DNA of 64,000 bases from Cyanidioschyzon merolae (Eukaryota): the NCBI GenBank assembly GCA_000091205.1, contig AP006493.2. One strand, 5' to 3'. Under the pieces are notes generated by a model. That model searched no databases and was not told the origin of the DNA. It saw nothing but the letters and a program-made list of their open reading frames with translations. This document shows, piece by piece, positions 1-11,096 of this stretch. The position numbers were made by a program, and so were the translations under genes. Positions within the stretch are counted from its first letter, which is position 1. Every line of letters starts with the position of its first letter.

Positions 1-320
1 CTGGGTGATGCAGTTTGCAGAAATCACAAGAGCGCCGACGCACGTCCTTTCAGAAAAACGACATTGCTCGCGAGTTTCCGGGCGATGCAGTGCTTCATCT
101 TTGTAGGGCCAAGTTTTCGCACCGCTCCGAGAGTTTTCAGAGCATTCGCCTTCTACTGAGCACCACCGGTTACCTGCAAACTGCTCGAATGCACGGCTAG
201 ATGCTCCTGGGATGGCCCATGGCACCCGGCTGCAGTACATCACACTGCGATAGAGGCAGACAGATTGGCTGCCAGTCGCAGCGGCACCGGCAAGCAGCGC
301 GCTTTGCAGCGTGCTGCGAC

Positions 321-1769
321 TCAGTATGCAATGCTTGTTATCGCTGTCGACGCTGGACTATCGATATGAGCACTGTTGTTGTTGCAGTCCTCTGGAGCAG
401 CGGTTTCCGACTCCGACTGCATTGCCATCCAGGTGGTATTGACGTACCAGGGGTCCAGGGTGCTTTCTGCAACTTGTGGTAAAAAAGTCTCCCAGGAAAA
501 GTTGCTTTTGACGGAGCTGTTGCGACGGATTCGAGTCTGTTCGTCAGTTGCTTGCTGAACTCGTTTCCGCCATTCCTTGCTCCGCGGAACACCCCAGAAA
601 AGGTTCAGAATCGGTTTGAGAAGAACATGGAGGCTTGGCGTCCACTGCGATCCGCGGCTGCAGGATTCCCGCTCATCCGTTTCCTGTCCATAAATAGAGG
701 CCGCATGCAGTTGCTTATCCACGTAGGCTCCGTAAGCTTGCAGTACGTCTCGGCGTGTTCGCTGCGCACATGAGTCGTCGCCGAAAATGACCGCATCCAC
801 GCCCGCAAGCGCTTCCCACGGGTGATTCATGACTGCTCGCCCAACCATAACACCATATAGATGTTCGGTGTCAAGAAAATGACGCACCTGGGGCATGGTA
901 CGTATGCCACCATTTATACTGAAATGCAGATGAGGGAAATCGCGCGCAAGTGCCAAAACTCGATCGTACCGCAGCGGTGGTACCGTGCGGTTTTCTGCTG
1001 GACTGAGGCCCTTCAGGTACGCCTTTCGTGCGTGGATAATGAAATGTCGCACGGGTGCATTTTCAGACACAACTTGCACAAAGTCGCGAGCGAACGAATA
1101 CGTATCAAGATCGTCGACACCAAGGCGGCACTTCACGGTTATTGGTGTTGAGGCTGGTACTACTTCCGCGATCGCTCGGCAGAGTGCAGCGACCCCGGGC
1201 GCATCTTTCATGAGTGCCGCCCCAAAGCAACCACGCCCCGCTACCCTATCAGACGGACACCCGCAGTTGATGTTAATGGCGCTATAGCCGTAGGGGGCAG
1301 CGATTTCGGCGGCAGCACGCATCTTTTGTGGATCGCTTCCCCCGAGCTGGAGTACAATCGGCTGTTGCGCGGGATGGAAAGCGAGCCAGTGATCAGCATT
1401 ACTAGCATTATATACAAGGGTAGAGTCAACGACCATTTCAGTGTAAAGAAGTGCATGCTTGCTCAGTAGTCGACAAAGCGTGCGAAAATGGTTGTCGGTT
1501 ACGTCCATCATGGGCGCCACGGAAAAGGCGTCCGCAGGGCGCGACATTTGCAGCGTAGCGTGCTGCCTCGTGAACGAACGAATGCGCGGGGTAGTGTTTG
1601 GAAAAAAGGGCCCGGCCACGTACGCGCTCCGCGCAACGCTCACAGCCAAGAAACGACTGTGGAGGGGTCGCTCGAACTTACGGTGCGTCAGACAGCGTGT
1701 TGAGCGTTTCAGCGGCCCCAGCAGCTGTCCTGTGACAAGGTGCTGGTAGCCAACCAGAGCCATGCCCAA
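321..1769 (-). CDS. dusA: tRNA-dihydrouridine synthase, bacterial DusA type, with a ~74-aa N-terminal extension that may be an organellar presequence. The conserved core begins at the Met encoded at 1547.
   Basis: Single 482-aa ORF. Residues ~75-400 are collinear with DusA: FSVAPMMDVTDNHFRTL, LQLGGSDPQKM, NINCGCPSDRV (catalytic Cys), VKCRLG, FIIHARKAYL, PHLHFSINGGI, GVMVGRA. Recognised by eye, not searched. Confidence 0.85.
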   Translation of the reverse strand: MGMALVGYQHLVTGQLLGPLKRSTRCLTHRKFERPLHSRFLAVSVARSAYVAGPFFPNTTPRIRSFTRQHATLQMSRPADAFSVAPMMDVTDNHFRTLCRLLSKHALLYTEMVVDSTLVYNASNADHWLAFHPAQQPIVLQLGGSDPQKMRAAAEIAAPYGYSAININCGCPSDRVAGRGCFGAALMKDAPGVAALCRAIAEVVPASTPITVKCRLGVDDLDTYSFARDFVQVVSENAPVRHFIIHARKAYLKGLSPAENRTVPPLRYDRVLALARDFPHLHFSINGGIRTMPQVRHFLDTEHLYGVMVGRAVMNHPWEALAGVDAVIFGDDSCAQRTRRDVLQAYGAYVDKQLHAASIYGQETDERESCSRGSQWTPSLHVLLKPILNLFWGVPRSKEWRKRVQQATDEQTRIRRNSSVKSNFSWETFLPQVAESTLDPWYVNTTWMAMQSESETAAPEDCNNNSAHIDSPASTAITSIAY

Positions 1770-2207
1770 TCACGTCGACCCGCAAACGCACTAGCCCGCT
1801 GATGCCAACTAGTGTACCACCGTCGTTTTGTGCGTCCTACAAGAGACGTTGCGTCGTGGAGGCGGCACCACGAAACGCCCACACCACCGCATGGACATGC
1901 ACCACGGTGCCGGCACGCTGGACACGCCAATATGCAATAGCGTTCAAACTGAATTTTTCTGTATGTTTTGGATCAATATGGACAGGATTGATGCGGTCGC
2001 CATCAACCCTTGCAAAGTTGAAACTAGATCTTTCTGTAATTTTTGCGTTCAATACGGACATGCTTGCTGCAAGAGCCATCGATACTTGTCGGGTGTCGCC
2101 ACTGCTGCGATCCCGTAAACTTGTCGTGCGGCGCAGTATACGGGGCAGCGCCGGGCAGAGGATTCAGGAGCAGTTCGCATCTGTTTTACGAGGAGGTCGA
2201 AATAACC
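1770..2207. promoter_or_regulatory. Putative bidirectional promoter between the divergent dusA-like gene and prefoldin-5
   Basis: 438-bp gap between two divergently oriented start codons. No specific motif verified. Confidence 0.25.
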
Positions 2208-2801
2208 ATGGCAAGCCTCTCAGATCAAAGCGGTTCGATCGGAAGCGAACAGACGAGGCCTTCGGGCGCTATACCTGTCGAATCGTTGCCACCCCAAGCG
2301 CTGGAGCAGCTCATCGCCTCTCTGCAACAGGAGGTCGAGCAACTCGCCGACGCGTTGCAACAACTCAACTTTGCAAACCAGCGTTGGACACTATGTAAGC
2401 AGTCGATTGAAGCTTTTGCAGAAGAGACCACGCGGGTAGACTTGCCTGGCGCTCAAAGCCGTGCTACGGACGCCATTTCGTCAACCGCGAGCGCTAAACC
2501 AGAAACCTCTGTGGAAGTGAACCAAAATCAGCGTTTACTCGTTCCACTGAGCCGGTCTTTGTACGTACTTGGACGAGTCATCAATCCTGAACGCTGTCTC
2601 ATCGACATTGGCACCGGGTACCACGTTGAACGGAAACTCGCGGACGCAGCCGAATTTTTCGACAGACGTCTGAAGCACGTCCGGGGAAGCATGCGACAGC
2701 TAACACTGAAGATTGATCAAAACCAGCAACAAATGCAGACCATTCGCGAGATTCTGGTTCGAAAACTGGCTGGTGCACAGCAAGCCGCAGAGCATACTTG
2801 A
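2208..2801 (+). CDS. PFDN5: Prefoldin subunit 5 (alpha-type prefoldin)
   Basis: 197-aa product from the ATG at 2208 within ORF 2043..2801. Coiled-coil N and C segments flank the beta-hairpin motif LLVPLSRSLYVLGRV...CLIDIGTGYHVERK, which is typical of prefoldin 5. Confidence 0.8.
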   Translation: MASLSDQSGSIGSEQTRPSGAIPVESLPPQALEQLIASLQQEVEQLADALQQLNFANQRWTLCKQSIEAFAEETTRVDLPGAQSRATDAISSTASAKPETSVEVNQNQRLLVPLSRSLYVLGRVINPERCLIDIGTGYHVERKLADAAEFFDRRLKHVRGSMRQLTLKIDQNQQQMQTIREILVRKLAGAQQAAEHT

Positions 2802-5053
2802 GGTAGTCGGAAAGCCGGTTACTTGCGAGCAGGTGCAGCGCCAGATTTCGAGCCCAGTCGTGGACAACACTGCTTGTGGGCCGCTCGGCTGACGACTCAC
2901 GACGGTGAAACAGGCCGCGCATGCCTCTCTGTGCAATAGATGGGCGGGGAGCAACTCATCAAAGCGCTTGATGCTGTCGCCAGCATGCCGAGGCGATGTG
3001 AAACACACGCGGCTTACGAAATGGAAACGAGTGAGGGCATATCGTGAAGGGCAAGCGCGCACGCTTTATGCGTTTCTCGTCCACCTCGCCAATGGTAATG
3101 CATCTGCCATCCAGCAAGGTGCAGTGCGCAGTTCGATTCAGTCATGATGCGGACACTGCGTCGACCCGAGCAGGCGGGAAGGAAACTGTTCCGGGCGCTC
3201 TCGATTATTCCGTGCACGGATCATATGTCCAGCGACAAGTGCCCTATTTGTGAGCAGGGAAGCCAGTCGCCTCGAGTTTACGCGCACAAGGGCACGGCAA
3301 GGCTGACCTGTCTCGGTGCTGCGTCCATGACGGCACCTCAGGCTTTAATGCGGACGCGTACGGCAGGCTCTGCGCCCTGGGGATCTGACGAAGGAACCAT
3401 TATCCTCAGAGGCGAGCCAGCATCATCGTGGCCCATGCAACGTGAAAGCCTCTTGCGGGATGACGGGTGGCTCCCCAGATGCCGATCGCCATCGCGCAGT
3501 ATGGCGGATCCCTGATTCGAGTAAACGATCCAACATCCCCAAAAATAAGGAAAATCAGCCTCCTAGCATGATGCCTCCCGTAACCTTGCCCAGGCATCAA
3601 TTCGCTTGCTATTGTCAGAGTATCGTATCATTTGTGCCGGTGGGTGGACTGCACCGGTGAATCGTCGCATGCCGCCACCTTGGAGGACGTACCCGGTAAA
3701 CCTGGTCGCATCATCTGTGGCCACAGATCGATCACAGCTACTGCGCGCTCCATGCAGTCGCTTCATAACGTAGTATTTCGTCGATGCTGTGAAGACTTGC
3801 CGCATGCACAGCGACTGATTCGCCTATCACGTCACCGAACTGCTACGCAGGCCTTTCTTCGGGAGCGCATGCACCGCGTGCCCCGAGTTCGACAGATGCA
3901 ATAGCGATGCAACGGACGCCAAATCGCTCCGTTCGTTCGCGAGAGAGCAATGGCACTCGCGAGACCTCTGTGGCGCTCACAAAACCATAGCATCATGCCA
4001 GGACATGCTGCACTTGGCGAGCGGTGCTATGCAACGCTGGCGAACTTGCGGCAACGACATTGCCATAACCGGGTGGCTCCCGAAAACCACCGACCGGATC
4101 GAGAAGCAGCTGGTACACAGTTCGAACTTTCTTATCTTTGCGCAGGAGTCCGAATAGCTCTACGAGCATACATAGCGGTTCAGGATAAACAGGGACTCGG
4201 CAAGCACACCAGAATTTGTTGTCATTGGAGTGTTCAGGCTGGTGCTTGCGACTTACGCGCTCTGCTGTGAAAAGTCAAGTTTTGGCGCACTGCCACCCTT
4301 TTCAGCCAAAGCCCAGAATCCGTCGATAATTGCTCGGTTCCGGGTCCATGAACATCGCCGACTATAGCCTTCATTCACTTCTACTGGCCAAGCTTGCTCC
4401 AGTCTGAGCTGGGCGTTCAGTCTAAACACGCTAACCGCAAGTAGATTGCACGGTATTCGGTAGATGTTCATGAGCAATTTTGCGTTCACACATCCCGGAT
4501 GTCTGACGTTCTGTCAGGGAACCCAGCCGAGCTACATGCGACGTTCAATATCACGGTCTTTCGCAGCTCAGCAGAGCGCTCAAAGCTGACAAGCGGGTAT
4601 CGCGCGTTCCTTTCCAAGACATGGGCCCAAGAGACCCATTGGCTGATGCATACATCCAGAATCTTGACAAGAAGTGATATTTAGGATCAATGAGCCGTGA
4701 CGATTCATAGACAATAGACTAGCCTGGTGTCTGCTTCGTTTGGCGAAGCGTCAACGAGCTACGCTAGTGGGCGCTAGTCCATCAGCCTAGAAACGTCACG
4801 CACTGACCAACGGTGTCTTTAGGCTAGGTAAACCACACGGAACCTTGGCACAGCTCATTCTTTGCCCTGATCTTCGCAACCAGTCAACTGGTCAACGAGG
4901 ATACGCACCATCCAGCCAACCGGTTACCAGTAACGTCCGCTATGCACACAAGGAGGATTCTCTGGCGCGTGCACGCGACGGCTGCCGTCGTCAGTGCACA
5001 ACAGCCAGTGTCGACACCAGACTTGCTATTGCGGTTGCAAGTGACCACAATCT

Positions 5054-6616
5054 ATGGGGCGAAACCGGATATCGCAGCTCGCGATCGTTCAGATCTTGAC
5101 TCTCGTTGTCTACTGGCTGATCTTCGCGGTGAGTGTGCAGTCGGTTGAACCAAAGCTCTGCGGCGGAAAGCCGCTTGCCGGTGGCGGCACACTTTCCCGT
5201 CACATCAGCAGCCGAAGCACGCCCCCGGTTGGACGTCAACTGCTGGCTCTGGTCGACGGAGAGACCTCGTCGTATTCCATTCTTTTTGGTGTACTTAGAG
5301 ATAGGGGCTATACAGTGACCGTGCGCACACCAAAAGACCGTTCTCTGACACTCTGGAACGAAGCAGGAACGCACTATCTCTATGACGCGGTGCTGCTTCT
5401 GGCACCGTCCATTAAAGGATTTGGTAGGGACGGTACCGCAAATGCTTTGCTCGATTTCGTGGACGCTAATCGGACTCTGATTATGGCCGCATCACCAAAC
5501 GCTGGCGCACTCTTCAGGTCGTTGGCGGAAGGCATCGGTCTCGAGCTCGACGAGGCAGGAACAGTGCTACTGGATCACGTGCGGGCAGCGCATCGAAGCG
5601 GAGCCGGGCAGGACACCGAAGGCTCGAGGATATTTCTGGTTGATCCGAAACCTTGTCCATCCTTGGACCTGGGGGCGACCCTTCCATACTGGGAGAAGGA
5701 AATGCCCCAGCGTCCGCTACTGTTTGCCAACGCGACCGGGTCCCTGGTCGCTCCTAAGCAGGATTTGCTCCGCCCGGTACTGTGCGCACCAGCCACAAGC
5801 TACTCCTATGAAGACGGCCAAGTAGTCGAAACGGATGAGGATGCAGCGCCCTTCACCATTGGCACGGAGGCCGTTCTGGTTGCTGCGCTCCACGGCCGCT
5901 ACGGCGGACGTGTTCTATACATCGCATCGACAGAAGCGCTCCAGGATCGCTTGATGTCTGGTGAGCATGGAAACCGAGCATATTTCGAGGATCTTTTTAC
6001 ATGGGCCCTTGGGGAACGGGGGATTTTGCGGATTACCCGAGCAGAGCACCGGCATGTGCCGCAGGGAAACGAACGGCCGCGCTCTACTCCGTATCGCGTC
6101 GGAGATCGACTCCGCTTTGAGCTTTGCGTGGAAGAGTGGGACGGTCGACAGTCGCAACAGCGCTGGCGACCCTGGCTCGGAGGTAATGAACCTCAACTGG
6201 AGTGGGTCATGTTGGACCCGTATGTGCGCACGAGCCTACGAGCAACGAAGGATCAGGGCTGCTACGCCACCGAGTTTGACACACCGTCGAAGCACGGCCT
6301 CTTCAAATTCCGTATTGAGCACTTTCGCGACGGCTACACTCCACTGCTCTTGTCTCAGGTGGTGCCGATCCGTCCTTACTGGCACAACGAATATCCGCGG
6401 ATGCTGGTACGCGCGTATCCCTACTATGCAGCTTTATTTTCAACCATGATGATTTTCTGGATCATGGCCTACGCAGTTCTCTGGAAAGGGCTCGTCTCAT
6501 CGAAGCGACTTGGAATCCAGACAACATCTAGGAGTCCGCACGCGACCGTTTCTTCCAAGGATGCAGCGGCGTCCTCTACCGAAGACTCTGACGCTGACCA
6601 CCAGAAACAAGAGTAA
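5054..6616 (+). CDS. DDOST: Dolichyl-diphosphooligosaccharide-protein glycosyltransferase 48-kDa subunit (OST48/DDOST/WBP1)
   Basis: 520-aa ORF with an N-terminal hydrophobic signal/anchor and luminal domain motifs (YDAVLLLAPS, DFVDANRTLIMAAS). A single C-terminal TM (MMIFWIMAYAVLW) is followed by a short cytosolic tail. This is OST48 architecture. Confidence 0.8.
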   Translation: MGRNRISQLAIVQILTLVVYWLIFAVSVQSVEPKLCGGKPLAGGGTLSRHISSRSTPPVGRQLLALVDGETSSYSILFGVLRDRGYTVTVRTPKDRSLTLWNEAGTHYLYDAVLLLAPSIKGFGRDGTANALLDFVDANRTLIMAASPNAGALFRSLAEGIGLELDEAGTVLLDHVRAAHRSGAGQDTEGSRIFLVDPKPCPSLDLGATLPYWEKEMPQRPLLFANATGSLVAPKQDLLRPVLCAPATSYSYEDGQVVETDEDAAPFTIGTEAVLVAALHGRYGGRVLYIASTEALQDRLMSGEHGNRAYFEDLFTWALGERGILRITRAEHRHVPQGNERPRSTPYRVGDRLRFELCVEEWDGRQSQQRWRPWLGGNEPQLEWVMLDPYVRTSLRATKDQGCYATEFDTPSKHGLFKFRIEHFRDGYTPLLLSQVVPIRPYWHNEYPRMLVRAYPYYAALFSTMMIFWIMAYAVLWKGLVSSKRLGIQTTSRSPHATVSSKDAAASSTEDSDADHQKQE

Positions 6617-7349
6617 GTCGCCTGTAAGACGGGTGTCCCTTGCGATGACCCCGGCTTCATAGCACATCATTCTGGGCAGGGCGGGTTCGCACTTGTACGA
6701 AGAGCAGTCGTGCACAGTGTGCGCGCAGCGTAGCGATATAGTCGCAAATGAAACGCTAGCGCGCGGGGCTCGCGGTGCCCAGGGTTTCAGCAGTAGCGAG
6801 CACTCTGCTTGTTGACGAAATCGCGCGCTGGAGGAGAACAAGCGCCCCCGACGCATGCTCTGATTTTTGGTTCAGGGCAGTCAACGATATACGAGGCAGG
6901 AGAGTTCCAAGTACGGTGGCTCGAGTCAACGCTCATGTTGCGAGGTTCATCGCATCTATTCGCGTTGAGCCTCGCGAGAGATAAAAAGCTGCATCTAGGC
7001 CAGGGTAATAGTGACCGGCTGCTCTACAAATGCGCTCTCGTTGAGGCTTCAGCTTTTAACGTTGTAAACAGTATTTGGATTAGCCTGCAGACACGGAATC
7101 TTTACACCTGTCAAGAAGCTCGTGTTGCTTTTGGGCCCTTACAGTGATTGACACTTGGCATGAACGTCCTTGAAAGCGCCAAGCCGCTGGGCGCTGCACG
7201 AGGCCTCGTTTGTGCACGCGCGTACGCAAGCGGGAAAAGCTGGGCAATGTGCCGCTCTTATCTGTTTCTCGACTGGTGTCCGGGTAACATCGTCCAGGTC
7301 TGCAGGTTGCCTTTGGGATGTACTTCGCGGTACCCAAAGAATAGAAGAT

Positions 7350-9400
7350 GATTATCGAGTACCAATGGCCCAGGAGAATCGTTCTTGATGTTCATATGTA
7401 GAGCGCTCCAGTTGTGCTGGATTGCTCAATAGCTCCATCCCGGTGCCGTGCTTCGAATGAGAATCCAAAGCGCTGTCACTTCATGACGGATTCTATTCCA
7501 TCGGAGCGTTTCGGCATTTCACCACATTGCCTAGACCGATTCCTCCACAGTTCAATCGAAAGATCGCTCGGCACCAAGGCGCTGGGCGCCCCGAAAGCAC
7601 GCGACATTCTCGGATATCCATCAGGGTGTTCAAGTCGAGATCCAGAGAGAGATAGAGAGAGACAGAGACAGAGAGAGCTCGCGTGCATGCTTGCCGGTGG
7701 AATCGTACCATAGCAGGCCGCTCATTTTCGATCGCCTCCCCTGATGACATTTGCTCAGCTTCGTGTTCGCCATCTCGTGCACCAGACTCGCTCTGCTTCA
7801 CGCTCGTTTTCTCGGCAGGTTCCGGCTCGTACTCGCGCCCGTGATGCACCCTTTTGTGGTCTCGAATCCATCGATGGGAATCGTGCAGGAATCGATTCTG
7901 GAGTTGTTGAGTTGTTGCAAGCTTTCGTCGAAGGCACAGGGCGGTACCCGTCGCACGCTACAGCGTGTCCAGCGCCCTACGCTACCACCGAGCGACGCGA
8001 CTTGTCAGGCCCAGCCTTTTCCATTTCATTCCGGAAGTTGGTGAATGCGCGATTCTTGCCTCTGCGCAACCGCATCGCGGTCTCTTGGACGCTTGCCGGA
8101 GACCTTTCGCATCAGCAGAGTGAACGCTCAAGAGCACACTGAATGAGGCACGGGAAGCGTCCGTCTCTCCCGGACGCGGTGCACGGGGTGTCGAGACGGC
8201 TCACGCTGCCGTCAGTCAGCTTGCTGGCGGTTTGTCTCTCGGCACCCATCGGATCTGAACCGCAATCACATAGAGTCCTGGGGAAGTTGCGCAGGTGTAT
8301 CCACTTTCAGTTCATATCTTCGGACAAGTCCTCTCGATTGAGCGGTATGGCGGCGGTCATGATATATTCTGCAAACCGGGAACAACGCTCACCACAGAGT
8401 CTGGCTCCTCACTTGCCATGAACAGATGAAAACGAGGGTCGCTGTGCGACTGAGGCATAGGTTTCACAAAGTGCACGCTCGCTGGTATTCCATCGGTCTC
8501 CATGGTCGCTGGAAACCGCTTCTCAAGTGCTGCTTGCAAAGGAGAAACCTGGAACGAGCTCCGCCGATGCCCTACGCGAAGCTGTTCGCAAGAAGCACAG
8601 TTGCTCGCAGAGATCAGCTGCAGCTTACTCAGGAGGATATCAAGTAGGCGGCGCAAGGATCTATGCCGACATCATGGGTCTGTACCCGACGTACAGAGAT
8701 GACATGGAGTAGACGCTTCGGGAGACAAGGTCGCTCGGGTTCGGGGAGGGCGCCTCTACCGCGCTGCACCACTAGGCTCTGTGCTGCTCTGCAGCGCTCT
8801 GCTCTGGAATACGTCGCAGCGCAAGACGCTAGTAGGGCAGGCGTCACGTCTCAAGTATCCTTCGCGCACGACGGTTACCAGTCCGAGACCGAGAGCAACA
8901 CGATGCGCTTGGGTGGTATAAAACGTGTGTCGCTCTCGTTGCGACAGCTCTTCTGAACCCGCTCCATCTCGACCGCTGGTGGCTCCACCAGCTCGCCATC
9001 TGTCTTCATGAACAGACCCAAGAAAACCTTTCACCAGCGCCCAGTTTCCTGGGCCAGTAAGCGAATGCACAAAGGTCACAGGGTGCGCTTCACCAGGCGC
9101 TCCAGACTGGCTTGCATACTGTTTTCGTGTTCGAACCTAGTTTCGTACGTTTTGGCACCGGTTTCATCGATGTTGTCATAGAGGACGCGGTGCGACGAAG
9201 CGTGACGTTAGTCTGGGAAGTGTTTGTGTGCTAATCCCGTATCCGATTTTCAGACCTTGAGCCGTCTTGAGTCGCGAGCGTCAGCTGTGCTGCATCACGA
9301 GGGTTTCATCGAAACACTGCACAGAACTGAGGACCGCTCGCAACTCAGGTACCGTAACGCTTATGTGCAACTGCTAGGCAAGAAGTGTCAAGAATAAAGA
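7350..9400. repeat. 2.05-kb dispersed repeat, copy 1. It is >99% identical to 17652..19702. It is non-coding-looking and contains a (GA)n-like microsatellite at 7641-7677.
   Basis: Every six-frame ORF between 7414 and 9079 recurs verbatim at offset +10302. Direct comparison shows only about 3 mismatches, all near the 3' end. Confidence 0.9.
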
Positions 9401-9519
9401 AACAAGAAAAGGCTATATTTTGTAGAAAAGTGCTGAATGACGTCCAGCCACACAAGCTTTGCAAGATTCTTCCCATTGATGTGTTTAAGGAGGAACGCCC
9501 TGACAAGAGCATCCCGCTG

Positions 9520-9990
9520 ATGCTCCCCCTCCGACAGTTTTTTCTCGCTGACCTTCTTCACCCTCTATCCTAGATGATGTTTATCTTCTTCGTCTGGTAT
9601 TTCGTTCTCCTTATGCTTCGTAGCCTTCGCCTTTACTCAGCGGGATGGCGTTGGTGTGTTCTTCATACTTCAAAATCGTTCTTCCTCGAGTGTCATGCGC
9701 ACTGGATCGAGGATGGTAATGGAGCTCGCTTTTTTTCTTTAATGTATCTACAATTCCTCAGATACCTTTGCGTCATTTTCTCCGTCGCGAGCACAGCCAC
9801 GGAGCCAAGCGCGCATTTCCGCCCCCCATCTGCAAATAATCACAACAGCCCTAGACCAGAACAGGTCCGGAGAAGATAGAGAGCGATTTGCCAACGAGCG
9901 ATTTTACGGATGCAAACGACTCGTCTATGGATTAGAGGGTGTCAATACGGCGTTTGGCAGCAGAGCATACGCAGGCACGAAGAATAGCGC
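9520..9990. repeat. ~450-bp module immediately downstream of repeat copy 1. It is ~70% similar to 27480..27930 (the tail of the diverged third copy).
   Basis: Aligned by eye: cgacagttttttctcgctgacc / cgacaagttttttgaacgctcc ... gcaaacgactcgtctatggat / gcaaacgactcgtccatggat ... ggcgtttgg / ggcgtttga. Confidence 0.6.
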
Positions 9991-11096
9991 AACACCATGC
10001 CCAGACCCGTGCTTTCCCAGCGCATTTCAGTGAAGGAAAGCGACCTCGTCTACGAGCAGAACAAAAGAATTTTCGCTGGACAAGCCACGAAAATTGCTTC
10101 GACAAAGAAGTATGGGATACCAATGGATCATTGTCGTTTGAAAATTTTTAGGCGACCAAATGATCGAAGCGCCTCTCGAGCTGATGCTGTCGGAATGCTC
10201 GCGTGTTTCTGTCGTACCCGCTGGGGTGTACCCCACTTGTACGCCAGCACGGATCGAATATTTCTCCCAAAGGACGTCTCATTGAGCGATATGAACACTT
10301 GTGCCGCATGCGGTAAGCGTTCGCATCTCAGGACGACATTGATCATGAGTTGTTCAACGCGCATCCTACCCGGATGGCGGCCAGCTTTTTTCCGTTCAAC
10401 CGATTCATTTCTGCACGATTCATCATATCGGTCCTGAATATTCTCATCCTGCTGGTTTTCTGATTGTATTTTTTAGAGAATGTATAGTAAGGAATGAATC
10501 GACGAGAAGCTGGCGTTTGGATAGCGTTTGATAACTTATGTGTAGTGTTCACTTCAATCAGGATAGGGGCTCAAACCGGGGCGGGTCATCCACCACCTGC
10601 TAGTCCTACAAAAACTGACTCGTGTTCATAAAGCCGCTTCTTGGCCAACTTGCTGTGACAACGTAACGTCCTTCCGCCAACCTTATCCAGTCTATAAGGT
10701 GCAAATCTTTTGTTGACTTCCAGTTACCAAAAGCAAGTATAAACAAGAACACCGTTTTCATCCAAGGATTCTACAATGCACCGTTCTGAGTATAACCCGA
10801 ACCAACGTATTCGCTCACAAATCCTCTACACGTACACCATTGTCAATAGAGGAGCACCACTGCACTGCGACAGGAAACAACATAGCCTCTTCCAGTCTGA
10901 AAAATCCCTCTATGCAACCAGAGAAGAGACAACGTTCATGACGTGGAATCCTGCACTTTTCCGCAACAGGGCGATCGCGATGTCAACGTCTCCCGGTTGG
11001 CCGAAACGTTCGCGGAGCAGACTCGCGGGCAACGTTCCACAGCGCGTTTAAGAAGACACCATTCCAGGGGCTCTTGTCCTGATTCACTCCTTCTTC

